64,000 bases of DNA, taken from Crocinitomicaceae bacterium (GTDB taxonomy: Bacteria > Bacteroidota > Bacteroidia > Flavobacteriales_D > Crocinitomicaceae). The notes beneath the pieces were generated by a model, which was given only the letters and a program-made list of their open reading frames with translations, ran no database searches and was not told the DNA's origin. The position numbers and the translations under genes were made by a program. Where the stretch lies: NCBI GenBank assembly GCA_021740085.1, contig JAIPAL010000002.1, positions 4,536 through 68,535 on the forward strand. The letters are read 5' to 3'. Positions 18,232 through 27,395 of the stretch are shown here, in pieces. Position 1 is the first letter of the stretch, and each line of letters opens with the position of its first letter.

Positions 18232-20040
18232 ATGAAAAGCACTAGTGAACATCTCGAATATATTAATAGTATGCCTGAGAAACCAGGCGTGTATAAATAC
18301 TTTTCAATAAATGAAAAGATTCTTTATGTTGGAAAGGCAAAAAACTTAAAAAAGCGGGTTGGCTCTTATTTTAATAAGAACATTATTGATGCAAAAACAC
18401 GAATTCTCGTAAAGCAAATTTATCGAATTGAGTACCTTATTGTTGATACCGAATTAGATGCATTATTGTTGGAAAACAACCTCATCAAAACCTATCAGCC
18501 GAAATATAATATTCTACTTAAGGATGATAAGACATTCCCATGGATAGGAATAAAGAATGAAGCCTTTCCGCGAATAATTACTACGCGAAAAAAAACAGCA
18601 GATGGCACACAATACTTTGGTCCATACGCTAATGTTAAAATGATGAACACACTTCTAACACTCATAAAAGAAACCTATACCCTGCGGTCTTGTAATTATG
18701 AGTTAAGCAAGAAAAATATTGAATCAAAGAAGTTTAATGTCTGTTTGGATTATCATATTGGGAAATGCAAAGGCCCGTGCATAAATGAACAAAGCGAGAA
18801 TCAATACCTTGAGACCATCGATCAAATAGAACAGCTATTGAAAGGGAAGACTTTTTCACTAATTCAATCCCTAAAAACAAAAATGAGGGATGCTTCAGAG
18901 GCCTTACAATTTGAGAAAGCACAGGAATATAAAAATATTATTTTTCAAATAGAAAAATATAAATCAAAATCAACGGTTGCTTCTGGACAATTATATGATA
19001 CAGATGTCTTAGGAGTAATTGAAGATGAAAAATCATTTTTTATTAATTACTTGGTGGTCGTGGAGGGCGCAATAATTCATGGGTTTTCAGCTGAAATAAC
19101 AAAAAAACTGAATGAGTCGAAAGCAGATATAATAGCGTATACGCTTCCAGAACTTCGACTTCGATACCAAAGCAGTAGTAAAGAAGTCATATTATCAGAA
19201 TCGATTGCTATTTCCTTTGAAGATTTTAGTATTACAATTCCAGTGAGAGGAGATAAAAAACAATTATTAGACCTTTCCATAAAAAATGCCACTTTTTATC
19301 GATTAGACCAGCGAAAAAAAGAGCGTTTATTGTCACCAGAAAGAAATACAGAAAGAATATTAGAGCAACTGAAGCGTGATTTTAAATTAACGATTCTGCC
19401 AACTCATATTGAGTGTTTTGATAATTCAAATTTACAAGGGACCAATGCTGTTTCTGCCTGTGTTGTTTTTAAAAATGGGAAGCCTAGTAAAAAAGATTAC
19501 CGCCACTTTTTAATAAAAACAGTTGAAGGCCCCGATGACTTTGCCTCTATGCGAGAAGTGGTTTACAGGCGCTATAAACGCTTGCTAACAGAAAAAGAGT
19601 CCTTGCCAAACTTAATTGTTATTGATGGCGGAAAAGGGCAGCTTAGCGCAGCAATGGAGTCAATTGATGAATTAGGATTAAGAGGGCAAATTACCGTAAT
19701 TGGCATAGCTAAAAAATTGGAAGAGATCTTTTTTCCCGGTGATAGTTACCCTTTATACATTGATAAAAAATCGGAAAGCTTAAAGGTTATTCAACACCTT
19801 CGGAATGAAGCGCACCGATTTGGAATAACGCATCACAGGAACTTAAGAAGCAAGAATAGCATCACCTCATCATTATTAAGTATTCCAGGGATTGGCGATA
19901 AAACAATGGAGAAACTATTTCAACTATTTAAAACCGTAAAAGGTATTAAAGAAGCACCTGAAAAAGAAGTGGAGGAAGCGATTGGGAAAGCTAAAACAAG
20001 GCAACTCAACGCTCATTTCAAACAGGAAATCAACGAATAA
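18232..20040 (+). CDS. uvrC: Excinuclease ABC subunit C
   Basis: GIY-YIG domain (PGVYKYFSINEKILYVGKAKNLKKRVGSY), UVR domain (FEKAQEYKN), RNase-H-like endonuclease domain and C-terminal HhH (IPGIGDKTMEKL). 602 aa. Confidence 0.95.
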   Translation: MKSTSEHLEYINSMPEKPGVYKYFSINEKILYVGKAKNLKKRVGSYFNKNIIDAKTRILVKQIYRIEYLIVDTELDALLLENNLIKTYQPKYNILLKDDKTFPWIGIKNEAFPRIITTRKKTADGTQYFGPYANVKMMNTLLTLIKETYTLRSCNYELSKKNIESKKFNVCLDYHIGKCKGPCINEQSENQYLETIDQIEQLLKGKTFSLIQSLKTKMRDASEALQFEKAQEYKNIIFQIEKYKSKSTVASGQLYDTDVLGVIEDEKSFFINYLVVVEGAIIHGFSAEITKKLNESKADIIAYTLPELRLRYQSSSKEVILSESIAISFEDFSITIPVRGDKKQLLDLSIKNATFYRLDQRKKERLLSPERNTERILEQLKRDFKLTILPTHIECFDNSNLQGTNAVSACVVFKNGKPSKKDYRHFLIKTVEGPDDFASMREVVYRRYKRLLTEKESLPNLIVIDGGKGQLSAAMESIDELGLRGQITVIGIAKKLEEIFFPGDSYPLYIDKKSESLKVIQHLRNEAHRFGITHHRNLRSKNSITSSLLSIPGIGDKTMEKLFQLFKTVKGIKEAPEKEVEEAIGKAKTRQLNAHFKQEINE

Positions 20041-22195
20041 TAAAAGGAAGAGTAACAGATCTGCCTTCAGAAATTAATTGAATAAGGTAAGTACCGGCTG
20101 ACAATTTCTGTGTGTCTAACACCAATAAATTTTCTCCTTCAATCGCCATAATTGCATTTCCCTGCAAGAACTTTCCAGTTATATCTAACATTTTATAGTG
20201 AATGGCAGTATTTAACTGGGCATTAAACTGAACCGTTATTGCATCCTCAGCAGGATTGGGGAAAATTGAAACGCCATTAACAAGCCCCTCCATATCAGAA
20301 ACAGTTGCAATTTGAACTATTTCATCTGATGGACCTCCAGCATATAAATTAATGTCATCTAAATAGAAATTATTTCCCCCTTCTCCTTCAAATCGAAAAC
20401 GCATTCTAAAATCTGAGGTGAAATAATTATTTGTCACATTCGGCATATGAACCGTTACCCAATCATCGTTTGAAGTTGGAGACCAAGAACTTCCTGATGC
20501 ATACGGAGATAATAGATTGCCACTAATTGTTTTTCGCTGCGCCCAAGTATTACCACAATTATTTGTAATAAAAACCTTCAAGTATTCGAAATCATCAACC
20601 GTTCTTTTTCGGTATGCATAGCGAAAACTCAAGGTCACAATACCGCTATCTGGAATAATGGAGAGGTCAATCGGCGCACTAATTAATTCGTCAACGTTGG
20701 ACGGATTCTGACCAAAATTACCCAATTTAGCACATTTAATTCCAGTATACGCAGTATTATTTTCCAGCTCAAATTCATTATTATTATTTGGGTTGTATAT
20801 TTCCCAGTTTGGCAAATTAGCAAGCGACGTATAGGATTCAAAACCCTCCCAAAAAGGAAGCGATGTTGCAGACGGTAAGACACGGATGTAATTAGTTTTT
20901 GTTTCAATGTCATTGGTGTTACCATCTGTTGCAGTAAGCGTAACAGGATATAAACCAGGTTGATTATATGTTACAATCGGATTAGCAATAGAAGAGGAGG
21001 ATGGATTGCCACCTATAAAACTCCAAACTCGGCTAGTAACCAAATTAAATGAAGCATCCAAAAACTCGACGGACTGACCTTGACAAATAGTTGTTTGGTC
21101 TGCGGTGAAATCTGCGTTGCACAACGTGAGCAAGCCTCCTGCACCAGTCGCCAAGAGATTCGCCGCCGACCATAAATTAGATCGTCCGGTATTATTGGAT
21201 TGTAAAGCCGTTCGCATGCGTGTTTTTTGTCCTTCTGTAAACATTTTTGAACAATACGAGTAATCCATATAATTTTCAACATTGTCGCGGATATCAAATC
21301 CCCAATATGCATTATCCGAATTACAGGTGTTGGAATTCAAAACACAGGCCTGTACACCAATACAATTGGGGGTATCGGCAACGCCATCATCCGTATTACA
21401 ATTGGTCGCAAGAGCCGGATTATTTGTAGAGCCCCAGGTATGTGGTAAATTTAACCAGTGTCCTACTTCATGGGTTAATACCCTAGCATGAGAAACAGAA
21501 CTTGTTCCAATAGAACCCAAATAATTATGTAATAACCAAATACCATTGGTCATATTAGTAGCCGAATTACCAGATGGATAAGAAGTATATCCTGCAGCGC
21601 CACCAATATCTCCACAAACAAAGACATTCAGGTAATTATTTCCTGGCCACTGTCCTTGGTAGACGTTATTACCGTTGATAATGGCATCCACTTGATCACC
21701 ACCATTATCACCAATATAACTGTAAGGCGAAAATGTCCGAGTAACCCCGTTGAAACAAAGACCATTCGGCGCTTTTGTCGCTAGTACAAATTCCACTTCG
21801 ATATCTGATGGCATCCCAAGAAATTCCGCATGAACAGTTAAAGCATCAAGGTTTTGAAGTCTAAAATCGCGGTTTAAGTTGGCTAAACCCGTCAAGATTT
21901 GCTCATGCGAAATGTTTTCAATTCCATTGTTATGGAGCACATGAAACACGACAGGAATTTTATATACAATTCCCTTTTCGATAGGAATTTTAGAAAGCTT
22001 TTGAATTTCGGCCTGATCTTTCTCATACTGCACAGCAAAAGCTGAATCTTTTAGTGACTCAATTAGTTTTATATGTTGATGGCAATACTCAACACTTTCT
22101 CCTTCCCTAGCATTCGATGCATCAAATGGTTTTTTCTGCGCTGAAATCGAAATAGATGATACAATAAAACAAGCTAAAAGAAGGGTTTTTTTCAT
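20030..22195 (-). CDS. Secreted M43-family (pappalysin/cytophagalysin-like) zinc metalloprotease with PKD-like, beta-sandwich and T9SS C-terminal domains, copy 1
   Basis: HEVGHWLNLPHTWG zinc motif (HExxHxxGxxH) and ENYMDYSYCSKMFTEGQ Met-turn region. PKD-like repeat. CTD (VSIFPNPAEDAITVQF...AGTYLIQL). Start moved to the ATG at 22195 (MKKTLLLACFIVSSISISAQ signal peptide) rather than the listed 22225. Confidence 0.85.
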   Translation of the reverse strand: MKKTLLLACFIVSSISISAQKKPFDASNAREGESVEYCHQHIKLIESLKDSAFAVQYEKDQAEIQKLSKIPIEKGIVYKIPVVFHVLHNNGIENISHEQILTGLANLNRDFRLQNLDALTVHAEFLGMPSDIEVEFVLATKAPNGLCFNGVTRTFSPYSYIGDNGGDQVDAIINGNNVYQGQWPGNNYLNVFVCGDIGGAAGYTSYPSGNSATNMTNGIWLLHNYLGSIGTSSVSHARVLTHEVGHWLNLPHTWGSTNNPALATNCNTDDGVADTPNCIGVQACVLNSNTCNSDNAYWGFDIRDNVENYMDYSYCSKMFTEGQKTRMRTALQSNNTGRSNLWSAANLLATGAGGLLTLCNADFTADQTTICQGQSVEFLDASFNLVTSRVWSFIGGNPSSSSIANPIVTYNQPGLYPVTLTATDGNTNDIETKTNYIRVLPSATSLPFWEGFESYTSLANLPNWEIYNPNNNNEFELENNTAYTGIKCAKLGNFGQNPSNVDELISAPIDLSIIPDSGIVTLSFRYAYRKRTVDDFEYLKVFITNNCGNTWAQRKTISGNLLSPYASGSSWSPTSNDDWVTVHMPNVTNNYFTSDFRMRFRFEGEGGNNFYLDDINLYAGGPSDEIVQIATVSDMEGLVNGVSIFPNPAEDAITVQFNAQLNTAIHYKMLDITGKFLQGNAIMAIEGENLLVLDTQKLSAGTYLIQLISEGRSVTLPFIIR

Positions 22196-22221
22196 TTTAC
22201 AATTGACTTTATTTATTGTAA

Positions 22222-24384
22222 TCATTTGATTACAAAAGGTAAGGTCTTAAAGTGATCATCTGACATGATTTTCAAAAAGTAAGAACCTGCAGCAAATACC
22301 CGCGTGTCAAGCAAGACCAAGTTTGACCCCTGGACAGCATTCACTAGGTTATTTTGAATTATTTTTCCTGTAAGATCCATCACTTGGAATTGCATGTTTT
22401 TATTTTTTGAAGCACTAAAACTTACATTCAGTTCACCATCAGTTGGATTTGGATAAAGCGAAATATCATTGATGCTTTCATTGAATTCATTTAAACCTAA
22501 CACTATTTCATTCGAAGGCGCACCTGAGTATAAATTAATATCATCTAAATAAAAATTGTTTCCACCCTCACCTTCGAATCGGAACTTAATTTTAAAATCT
22601 TGACTGAAATAATTACTCGTCACATTGGTAACATGAACAGTTACCCAATCAGCATTTGATGCAGGTGCCCATGAATTTCCGGTAAACAAAGAAGATAATT
22701 GATTTCCACCTAAGGTTTTACGTTGTGCCCAATTCTCCCCACAATCACTTGAAATAAAGACTTTTAAATATTCGTAATCTCCACTTGTTTTTTTACGGTA
22801 AGCGTAGCGGAAACTCAAGGTGACAATTCCATTTGCTGGTATTACAGATAAATCAATTGGAGCAGAAATAAGTTCATCTACATTCGAAGGTGCCTGACCG
22901 AAATTAACCAATTTGGCACATTTTGAACCTGTATAGGCAATTGCGGGATCGAGAGTAAAGGCATTGTTATTATTAGGGTTGTAAATTTCCCAATTTGGCA
23001 GATTTGCAAGAGAAGTATACGGTTCGAATCCTTCCCAGAAAGGTAAGTTCACAGCTGCAGGAAGTACACGAATATAATTCGTTTTAGTTTCAACGTCTGT
23101 TGTGGTTCCATCAGTCGCCGATAATGTAACGGCATACATGCCCGGTTGAGAATAAGTTACCGTTGGATTGGAAGAAGTTGATGTACTTGGACTACCACCA
23201 GTGAAAGTCCACGTTCTACCTGAAACTATATTAAATGAAGCATCCGTAAATTGAACTGATTCTCCCGTACAAATCGTTGTTCTGTCTGCATTGAAATCAG
23301 CGGCACATAACGTCAAAACACCTGATCCACCTGTAGCTGTCAAATTTGACGCAGACCACAAATTTGCTCTACCTGTATTATTCGATTGTAGGGCTGTTCG
23401 CATTCGTGTTTTTTGACCTTCCGTAAACATTTTAGAACAATAAGAATAATCCATATAGTTTTCAATATTATCCCGAATATCAAATCCCCAATAAGCATTG
23501 TCGGAATTACAGGTATTAGAACTCATGACACAAGCTTGAACGCCAATACAGTTTGGTGTATCTGTTACGCCATCATCCGTGGAACAACTTGTTGCATTTC
23601 CAGGATTATTATTCCCACCCCAAGTATGGCTTAAATTTAACCAGTGACCCACTTCGTGTGTCAATGTGCGGCTAGTACCCACAGAGCTCGTACCAATTGA
23701 TCCCATATAATTATGCAGAAGCCAAATGCCATTCGTCATACTAGTGGCAGAGGCAAATGACGGATTCGTTGTATAGCCTGCAGCACCTCCGATTTCACCA
23801 CAAATAAAAACATTCAAATATTTATTGCCTGGCCATGAACCTTGATACACATTATTACCATTTTTAATCGCCGTTACTTGAGCGCTACCGCTAGATCCGT
23901 CATAACTCAAAGCAGACATGGTACGTGTTACCCCATTGAAACATGCGCCATTTGGTGCCTTGGTAGCTAATACAAATTCCACCTCGATATCTGAAGGCAT
24001 TCCTTGAAATTCAGCGTGCACATTTGCCGCATCCGCGTTTAAAAGTCGAAAGTCTCGGTTTAAAATAAATAATCCGTTCAGAATTTGTTCATGCGTAATA
24101 TTTTCTGCTCCATTATTGTGCAGGACATGAAAAACTACTGGGATTTTATATACTATTGCTTTAGATGCCGAACCTTTTTTTAACAATTGTTCAAATTCTA
24201 AGTCATCTTGCTCTTTAATCAAAGCAAAAGCTGGGTCTTTCATAGACTCCATTAATTTTATGTGTTGGTGGCAATATTCTACGTTTTCGCCTTCTCGCGC
24301 ATTGGTAATATCGAAGGGTTTTTTCTGAGCGTTAATTGAAATAACCTGACTAAAGAAAATTAAAATGAGGAGATATTTAAACAT
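22222..24384 (-). CDS. Secreted M43-family zinc metalloprotease with PKD-like, beta-sandwich and T9SS C-terminal domains, copy 2
   Basis: HEVGHWLNLSHTWG and ENYMDYSYCSKMFTEGQ. Same architecture as copy 1. CTD ISLYPNPTDGELNVSF...AGSYFLKI. Start moved to the ATG at 24384 (MFKYLLILIFFSQVISINAQ), because the listed start 24420 is a TTG. Confidence 0.85.
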   Translation of the reverse strand: MFKYLLILIFFSQVISINAQKKPFDITNAREGENVEYCHQHIKLMESMKDPAFALIKEQDDLEFEQLLKKGSASKAIVYKIPVVFHVLHNNGAENITHEQILNGLFILNRDFRLLNADAANVHAEFQGMPSDIEVEFVLATKAPNGACFNGVTRTMSALSYDGSSGSAQVTAIKNGNNVYQGSWPGNKYLNVFICGEIGGAAGYTTNPSFASATSMTNGIWLLHNYMGSIGTSSVGTSRTLTHEVGHWLNLSHTWGGNNNPGNATSCSTDDGVTDTPNCIGVQACVMSSNTCNSDNAYWGFDIRDNIENYMDYSYCSKMFTEGQKTRMRTALQSNNTGRANLWSASNLTATGGSGVLTLCAADFNADRTTICTGESVQFTDASFNIVSGRTWTFTGGSPSTSTSSNPTVTYSQPGMYAVTLSATDGTTTDVETKTNYIRVLPAAVNLPFWEGFEPYTSLANLPNWEIYNPNNNNAFTLDPAIAYTGSKCAKLVNFGQAPSNVDELISAPIDLSVIPANGIVTLSFRYAYRKKTSGDYEYLKVFISSDCGENWAQRKTLGGNQLSSLFTGNSWAPASNADWVTVHVTNVTSNYFSQDFKIKFRFEGEGGNNFYLDDINLYSGAPSNEIVLGLNEFNESINDISLYPNPTDGELNVSFSASKNKNMQFQVMDLTGKIIQNNLVNAVQGSNLVLLDTRVFAAGSYFLKIMSDDHFKTLPFVIK

Positions 24385-24476
24385 AAAAAAGGAATAAAAT
24401 AAATAAATAAGTGCACGCAAAAATAAACTATTTTTTAAACTATTGGAAATAGTTAAGGTAAATAAACAATTAACTT

Positions 24477-24484
24477 TAACTTTG
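24477..24484 (+). promoter_or_regulatory. Candidate -7 box TAACTTTG immediately upstream of the thioesterase gene
   Basis: TAnnTTTG match ending 5 nt before ATG 24490. If it is used, the mRNA would be nearly leaderless. Confidence 0.25.
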
Positions 24485-24489
24485 TTTTT

Positions 24490-25002
24490 ATGAAATCGAA
24501 AACAGCAAGAGAGACACTATCGATTACCACTATAATCGTGTTACCAAATGATACCAATACGCAGGGAAATTTATTTGGAGGACAATTATTGGCCTGGATG
24601 GATGTGATCTCAAGTGTTGCTGCCCATAGGCACTGTAAACGAGTGGTAGTAACGGCAGCGGTCAATAATGTGTCGTTTCAAAAACCAATAAGACACGCTT
24701 CCATCGTGACCTTAGAGGCCAAAGTTTCTCGTGCATTTTCTACCTCAATGGAGATTATTGTTGATGTTTTCGTCGAAGATCAAATAACGGGCGCCCGCGA
24801 AAAATGCAATGAAGCGATTTATACTTTTGTCGCTGTAGATCAGAACGGTGCCCCTATAAATGTTCCCGAATTAATTCCTGAGACAGAGGAGGAAAAGAAA
24901 CGTTTTGAAGGAGCATTAAGAAGAAAACAATTAAGCCTAATTCTCGCAGGAAAATTGAAAGCTTCTGAAGCAACGGAATTAAAAAAACTGTTTCTAGACT
25001 AA
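24490..25002 (+). CDS. Acyl-CoA thioesterase (hotdog fold, YciA/BFIT-like)
   Basis: VLPNDTNTQGNLFGGQLLAWMD and VTAAVNNVSFQKPI are characteristic of 4HBT-type acyl-CoA thioester hydrolases. 170 aa. Confidence 0.8.
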   Translation: MKSKTARETLSITTIIVLPNDTNTQGNLFGGQLLAWMDVISSVAAHRHCKRVVVTAAVNNVSFQKPIRHASIVTLEAKVSRAFSTSMEIIVDVFVEDQITGAREKCNEAIYTFVAVDQNGAPINVPELIPETEEEKKRFEGALRRKQLSLILAGKLKASEATELKKLFLD

Positions 25003-26402
25003 TGAGGAAGATTTGCACCTTACTCTTTATTTTTCTAGTTGTTTTTAGCAATGCAAATTCACAAGAGAACATCATTGGTGAGTGGAATGGCGTTTTATCA
25101 CTTGGAGGCCAACAACTTAGTTTAGTTTTTCATTTTGAAAAAGTAGGCACTACTTATTCGGGTAGCTTGGATAGCCCGGATCAAAAAGCTTTTGGAATAA
25201 AAGCAGACAAAGTAATTTTTGAAAAAGACACACTAGATTTTATTGTTTCAAAAATTGGTCTACGATTTAAAGGCTTTTGGGCTGACACCACTATTTCTGG
25301 TGAATTTACACAGGGATATTTTAAGACTCCTCTACAATTAAGTAGGAGAAAGGTGGAGAAAAAGGTCGTGGTAAAACCTCAAGAACCACAGGCTCCCTTT
25401 CCTTATCTAGAAGAAGAAATCGTATTTCATCATGTAAATGCCAATTTTGACATGGCTGGAACCTTAACTTTACCAGAGGGTGAAGGTGTTTTTCCTCTAA
25501 TACTATTAATCAGTGGAAGTGGGCCGCAAGACAGAAATGAAGAAATTTTAGGCCATAAACCATTTCTCATTATTGCTGATTACCTCACAAAAAAGGGATA
25601 CGCTGTTTTTCGTTATGATGACAGAGGAACAGCTAAATCTGGAGGTAAATTTGAAGGGGCGACTTCTCCCGATTTTGCAAGCGATGCAGCCTCTGCGCTC
25701 GCCTATTTAAAAACTAGAAAAGACATAAATACAACTAAAATTGCGTTGGCTGGACATAGTGAAGGAGCGATGCTCGCCGCAATGATTGCCGCGAATGATT
25801 CCAGTATCAATGCGATCATAATGTTAGCGGGACCAGGAATTCCCGGGGATCAATTATTATTAATGCAACAAGAATTAATAGCAACCGTGAATAAAGTAAG
25901 TCCTGATAAGATAAAAGAAAATGCCATAATTAATAGAAGTTTATTTGAGCTTATTAATAAGTCAAATGATATAGAAAGTGCAACAATTACAGTTGAGAAA
26001 AAATTAAAGAAAATTAGTAAAAAGTTAAGTAAAAGTGCCTTAGAAGCTTATGGTGGAAAAAATGAATTTGTTTCACAAAATTTACGTGCATATATCAATC
26101 CTTGGATGTACTATTTTCTGAGATATGATCCAGCGGTTGATCTTAAAAATATAAAATGTAATGTTCTTGCCTTGAATGGAAATAAAGATTTACAAGTACC
26201 TAGCAAAATAAATTTAGCCGCAATTGAATTGAACATCAACAACCCAGGAAAAATAAAACAAGTCATTGAAATGCCCAATTTGAACCATTTATTTCAAAAT
26301 TGTTTGACGGGAAACATTACCGAATATGGTGAGATCCAAGAAACCATTTCTCCGGAGGTACTTGAAAAAATAAATGAATTTTTGACGCGTAGTTGGCACT
26401 AA
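25002..26402 (+). CDS. Secreted alpha/beta hydrolase
   Basis: Signal peptide. Nucleophile elbow LAGHSEGAM. Late NHLF (His) region. The start overlaps the upstream stop (TAATG). Confidence 0.7.
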   Translation: MRKICTLLFIFLVVFSNANSQENIIGEWNGVLSLGGQQLSLVFHFEKVGTTYSGSLDSPDQKAFGIKADKVIFEKDTLDFIVSKIGLRFKGFWADTTISGEFTQGYFKTPLQLSRRKVEKKVVVKPQEPQAPFPYLEEEIVFHHVNANFDMAGTLTLPEGEGVFPLILLISGSGPQDRNEEILGHKPFLIIADYLTKKGYAVFRYDDRGTAKSGGKFEGATSPDFASDAASALAYLKTRKDINTTKIALAGHSEGAMLAAMIAANDSSINAIIMLAGPGIPGDQLLLMQQELIATVNKVSPDKIKENAIINRSLFELINKSNDIESATITVEKKLKKISKKLSKSALEAYGGKNEFVSQNLRAYINPWMYYFLRYDPAVDLKNIKCNVLALNGNKDLQVPSKINLAAIELNINNPGKIKQVIEMPNLNHLFQNCLTGNITEYGEIQETISPEVLEKINEFLTRSWH

Positions 26403-27391
26403 ACTTTGATGTCTGCTTCTATTGCCGAAACATCCTGTTTTTCCATGCATTTAAAGTGACCTTTTGGACATTCTTGGTAACCAATTTTAGAACAAGGTCG
26501 GCAATTCAATCCTAACACTTCATGAATTTTAACCGTTCCTTCCTTTTCAGGACGATAAGGATACATGCCAAAAGCCGGGACCGTATTTCCCCAAACAGAA
26601 ACAATCGGAGCCTTAAACATAGCGGCAATGTGCATTAATCCAGTATCATTCGTAAGGACCGTTTTCGCTTGCGCTAGAATGCTGGCAGAAGCGAGCAGAC
26701 TTAATTCACCACAAAGATTATACATCTTTTTTTGAGGAAATGCTTCTTGTATTTTTTGACCGTCCTCATTTTCAGCGTCTCCCCCTAAAAGCACAATTGG
26801 CAGGTCATACGATTCAAGCACCTTAATTAAGGAAGAAACAGGGAATTTTTTAGTGCTATATTGAGCTCCCAATGCAATTGCCAAAAAAGCATTTTCTTCT
26901 AACTCGTATCGATTTAGGTCTATTTTGAATTCATTTGGCACAAAAAACAAAGTGTTTTTGGAATCGTTCAATACACCAAGTTCACTGAAAGCTTCGATAT
27001 ATCGCTCAACAACGTGTTTATTCGGCAGCCTATTTTTTTTGATGCGAGTAAACAACCATTTCTCCCAATTTAATTTATTAAACCTACTTAAATGAACGCG
27101 TCGTATCCCAACGGTTAGTAAACGTGTCCTTAGATTATTATGTAAATCGACGATATGCGTATAATTTTCCTTTCGAATTACACTTCTTGTTTGCATTAAA
27201 TCCCCCTCAAAAAAGAGTGCTTTATCATGAAAGGTAGAAGCAAGTAGTAATTCGGCATACCTTGATTTGGTTAGCAAATGAATTTCCGCATTAGGGTGCT
27301 TTTCTCTTAAGCAGCGAAGCGCATGAAAAGTTAGCACAATATCGCCAATAGAACTAAAGCGAATAACTAATACCTTCAGTTCTTTTCCCAT
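26399..27391 (-). CDS. Glycosyltransferase family 9 (heptosyltransferase-like)
   Basis: N-terminal VLVIRFSSIGDIVLT motif and C-terminal TNDTGLMHIAAMF motif typical of GT9 LPS heptosyltransferases. Confidence 0.8.
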   Translation of the reverse strand: MGKELKVLVIRFSSIGDIVLTFHALRCLREKHPNAEIHLLTKSRYAELLLASTFHDKALFFEGDLMQTRSVIRKENYTHIVDLHNNLRTRLLTVGIRRVHLSRFNKLNWEKWLFTRIKKNRLPNKHVVERYIEAFSELGVLNDSKNTLFFVPNEFKIDLNRYELEENAFLAIALGAQYSTKKFPVSSLIKVLESYDLPIVLLGGDAENEDGQKIQEAFPQKKMYNLCGELSLLASASILAQAKTVLTNDTGLMHIAAMFKAPIVSVWGNTVPAFGMYPYRPEKEGTVKIHEVLGLNCRPCSKIGYQECPKGHFKCMEKQDVSAIEADIKV

Positions 27392-27395
27392 AGCG

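Larger units (their letters stand above)
20030..24384 (-). repeat. Tandem head-to-tail duplication of the M43 protease gene (two ~2.2 kb units)
   Basis: The two encoded proteins align end to end without large gaps. By eye about three quarters of positions are identical through the catalytic and middle domains. One run is near-identical: NSDNAYWGFDIRDN(V/I)ENYMDYSYCSKMFTEGQKTRMRTALQSNNTGR. The nucleotide sequences are visibly similar there (e.g. 21240-21400 vs 23420-23580). Confidence 0.85.

Noticed and set aside
22196-22225. N-terminal extensions in the ORF track. Examples are 22196-22225, 24385-24420, 32039-32086, 32125-32169, 34357-34386, 56507-56563 and 61879-61899.
   Set aside because: Several of these begin at TTG codons. 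Internal ATGs give canonical signal peptides or family-typical N-termini, such as MKKTLLL..., MFKYLL..., MNLLTVGS..., MENIKLAEI... and MTTIKDFNFFQKKALIRVDFNVP. In one case a -7-like promoter box falls inside the extension.
23021-23031. The sequence ggttcgaatcc looks like a tRNA T-arm/T-loop.
   Set aside because: It lies in-frame inside the M43 protease copy 2 coding sequence (encoding part of WEGFEPYTS on the minus strand). It has no flanking acceptor, D or anticodon stems that I can fold. The paralogous position in copy 1 reads ggattcaaaaccc. I found no convincing tRNA anywhere in the window.
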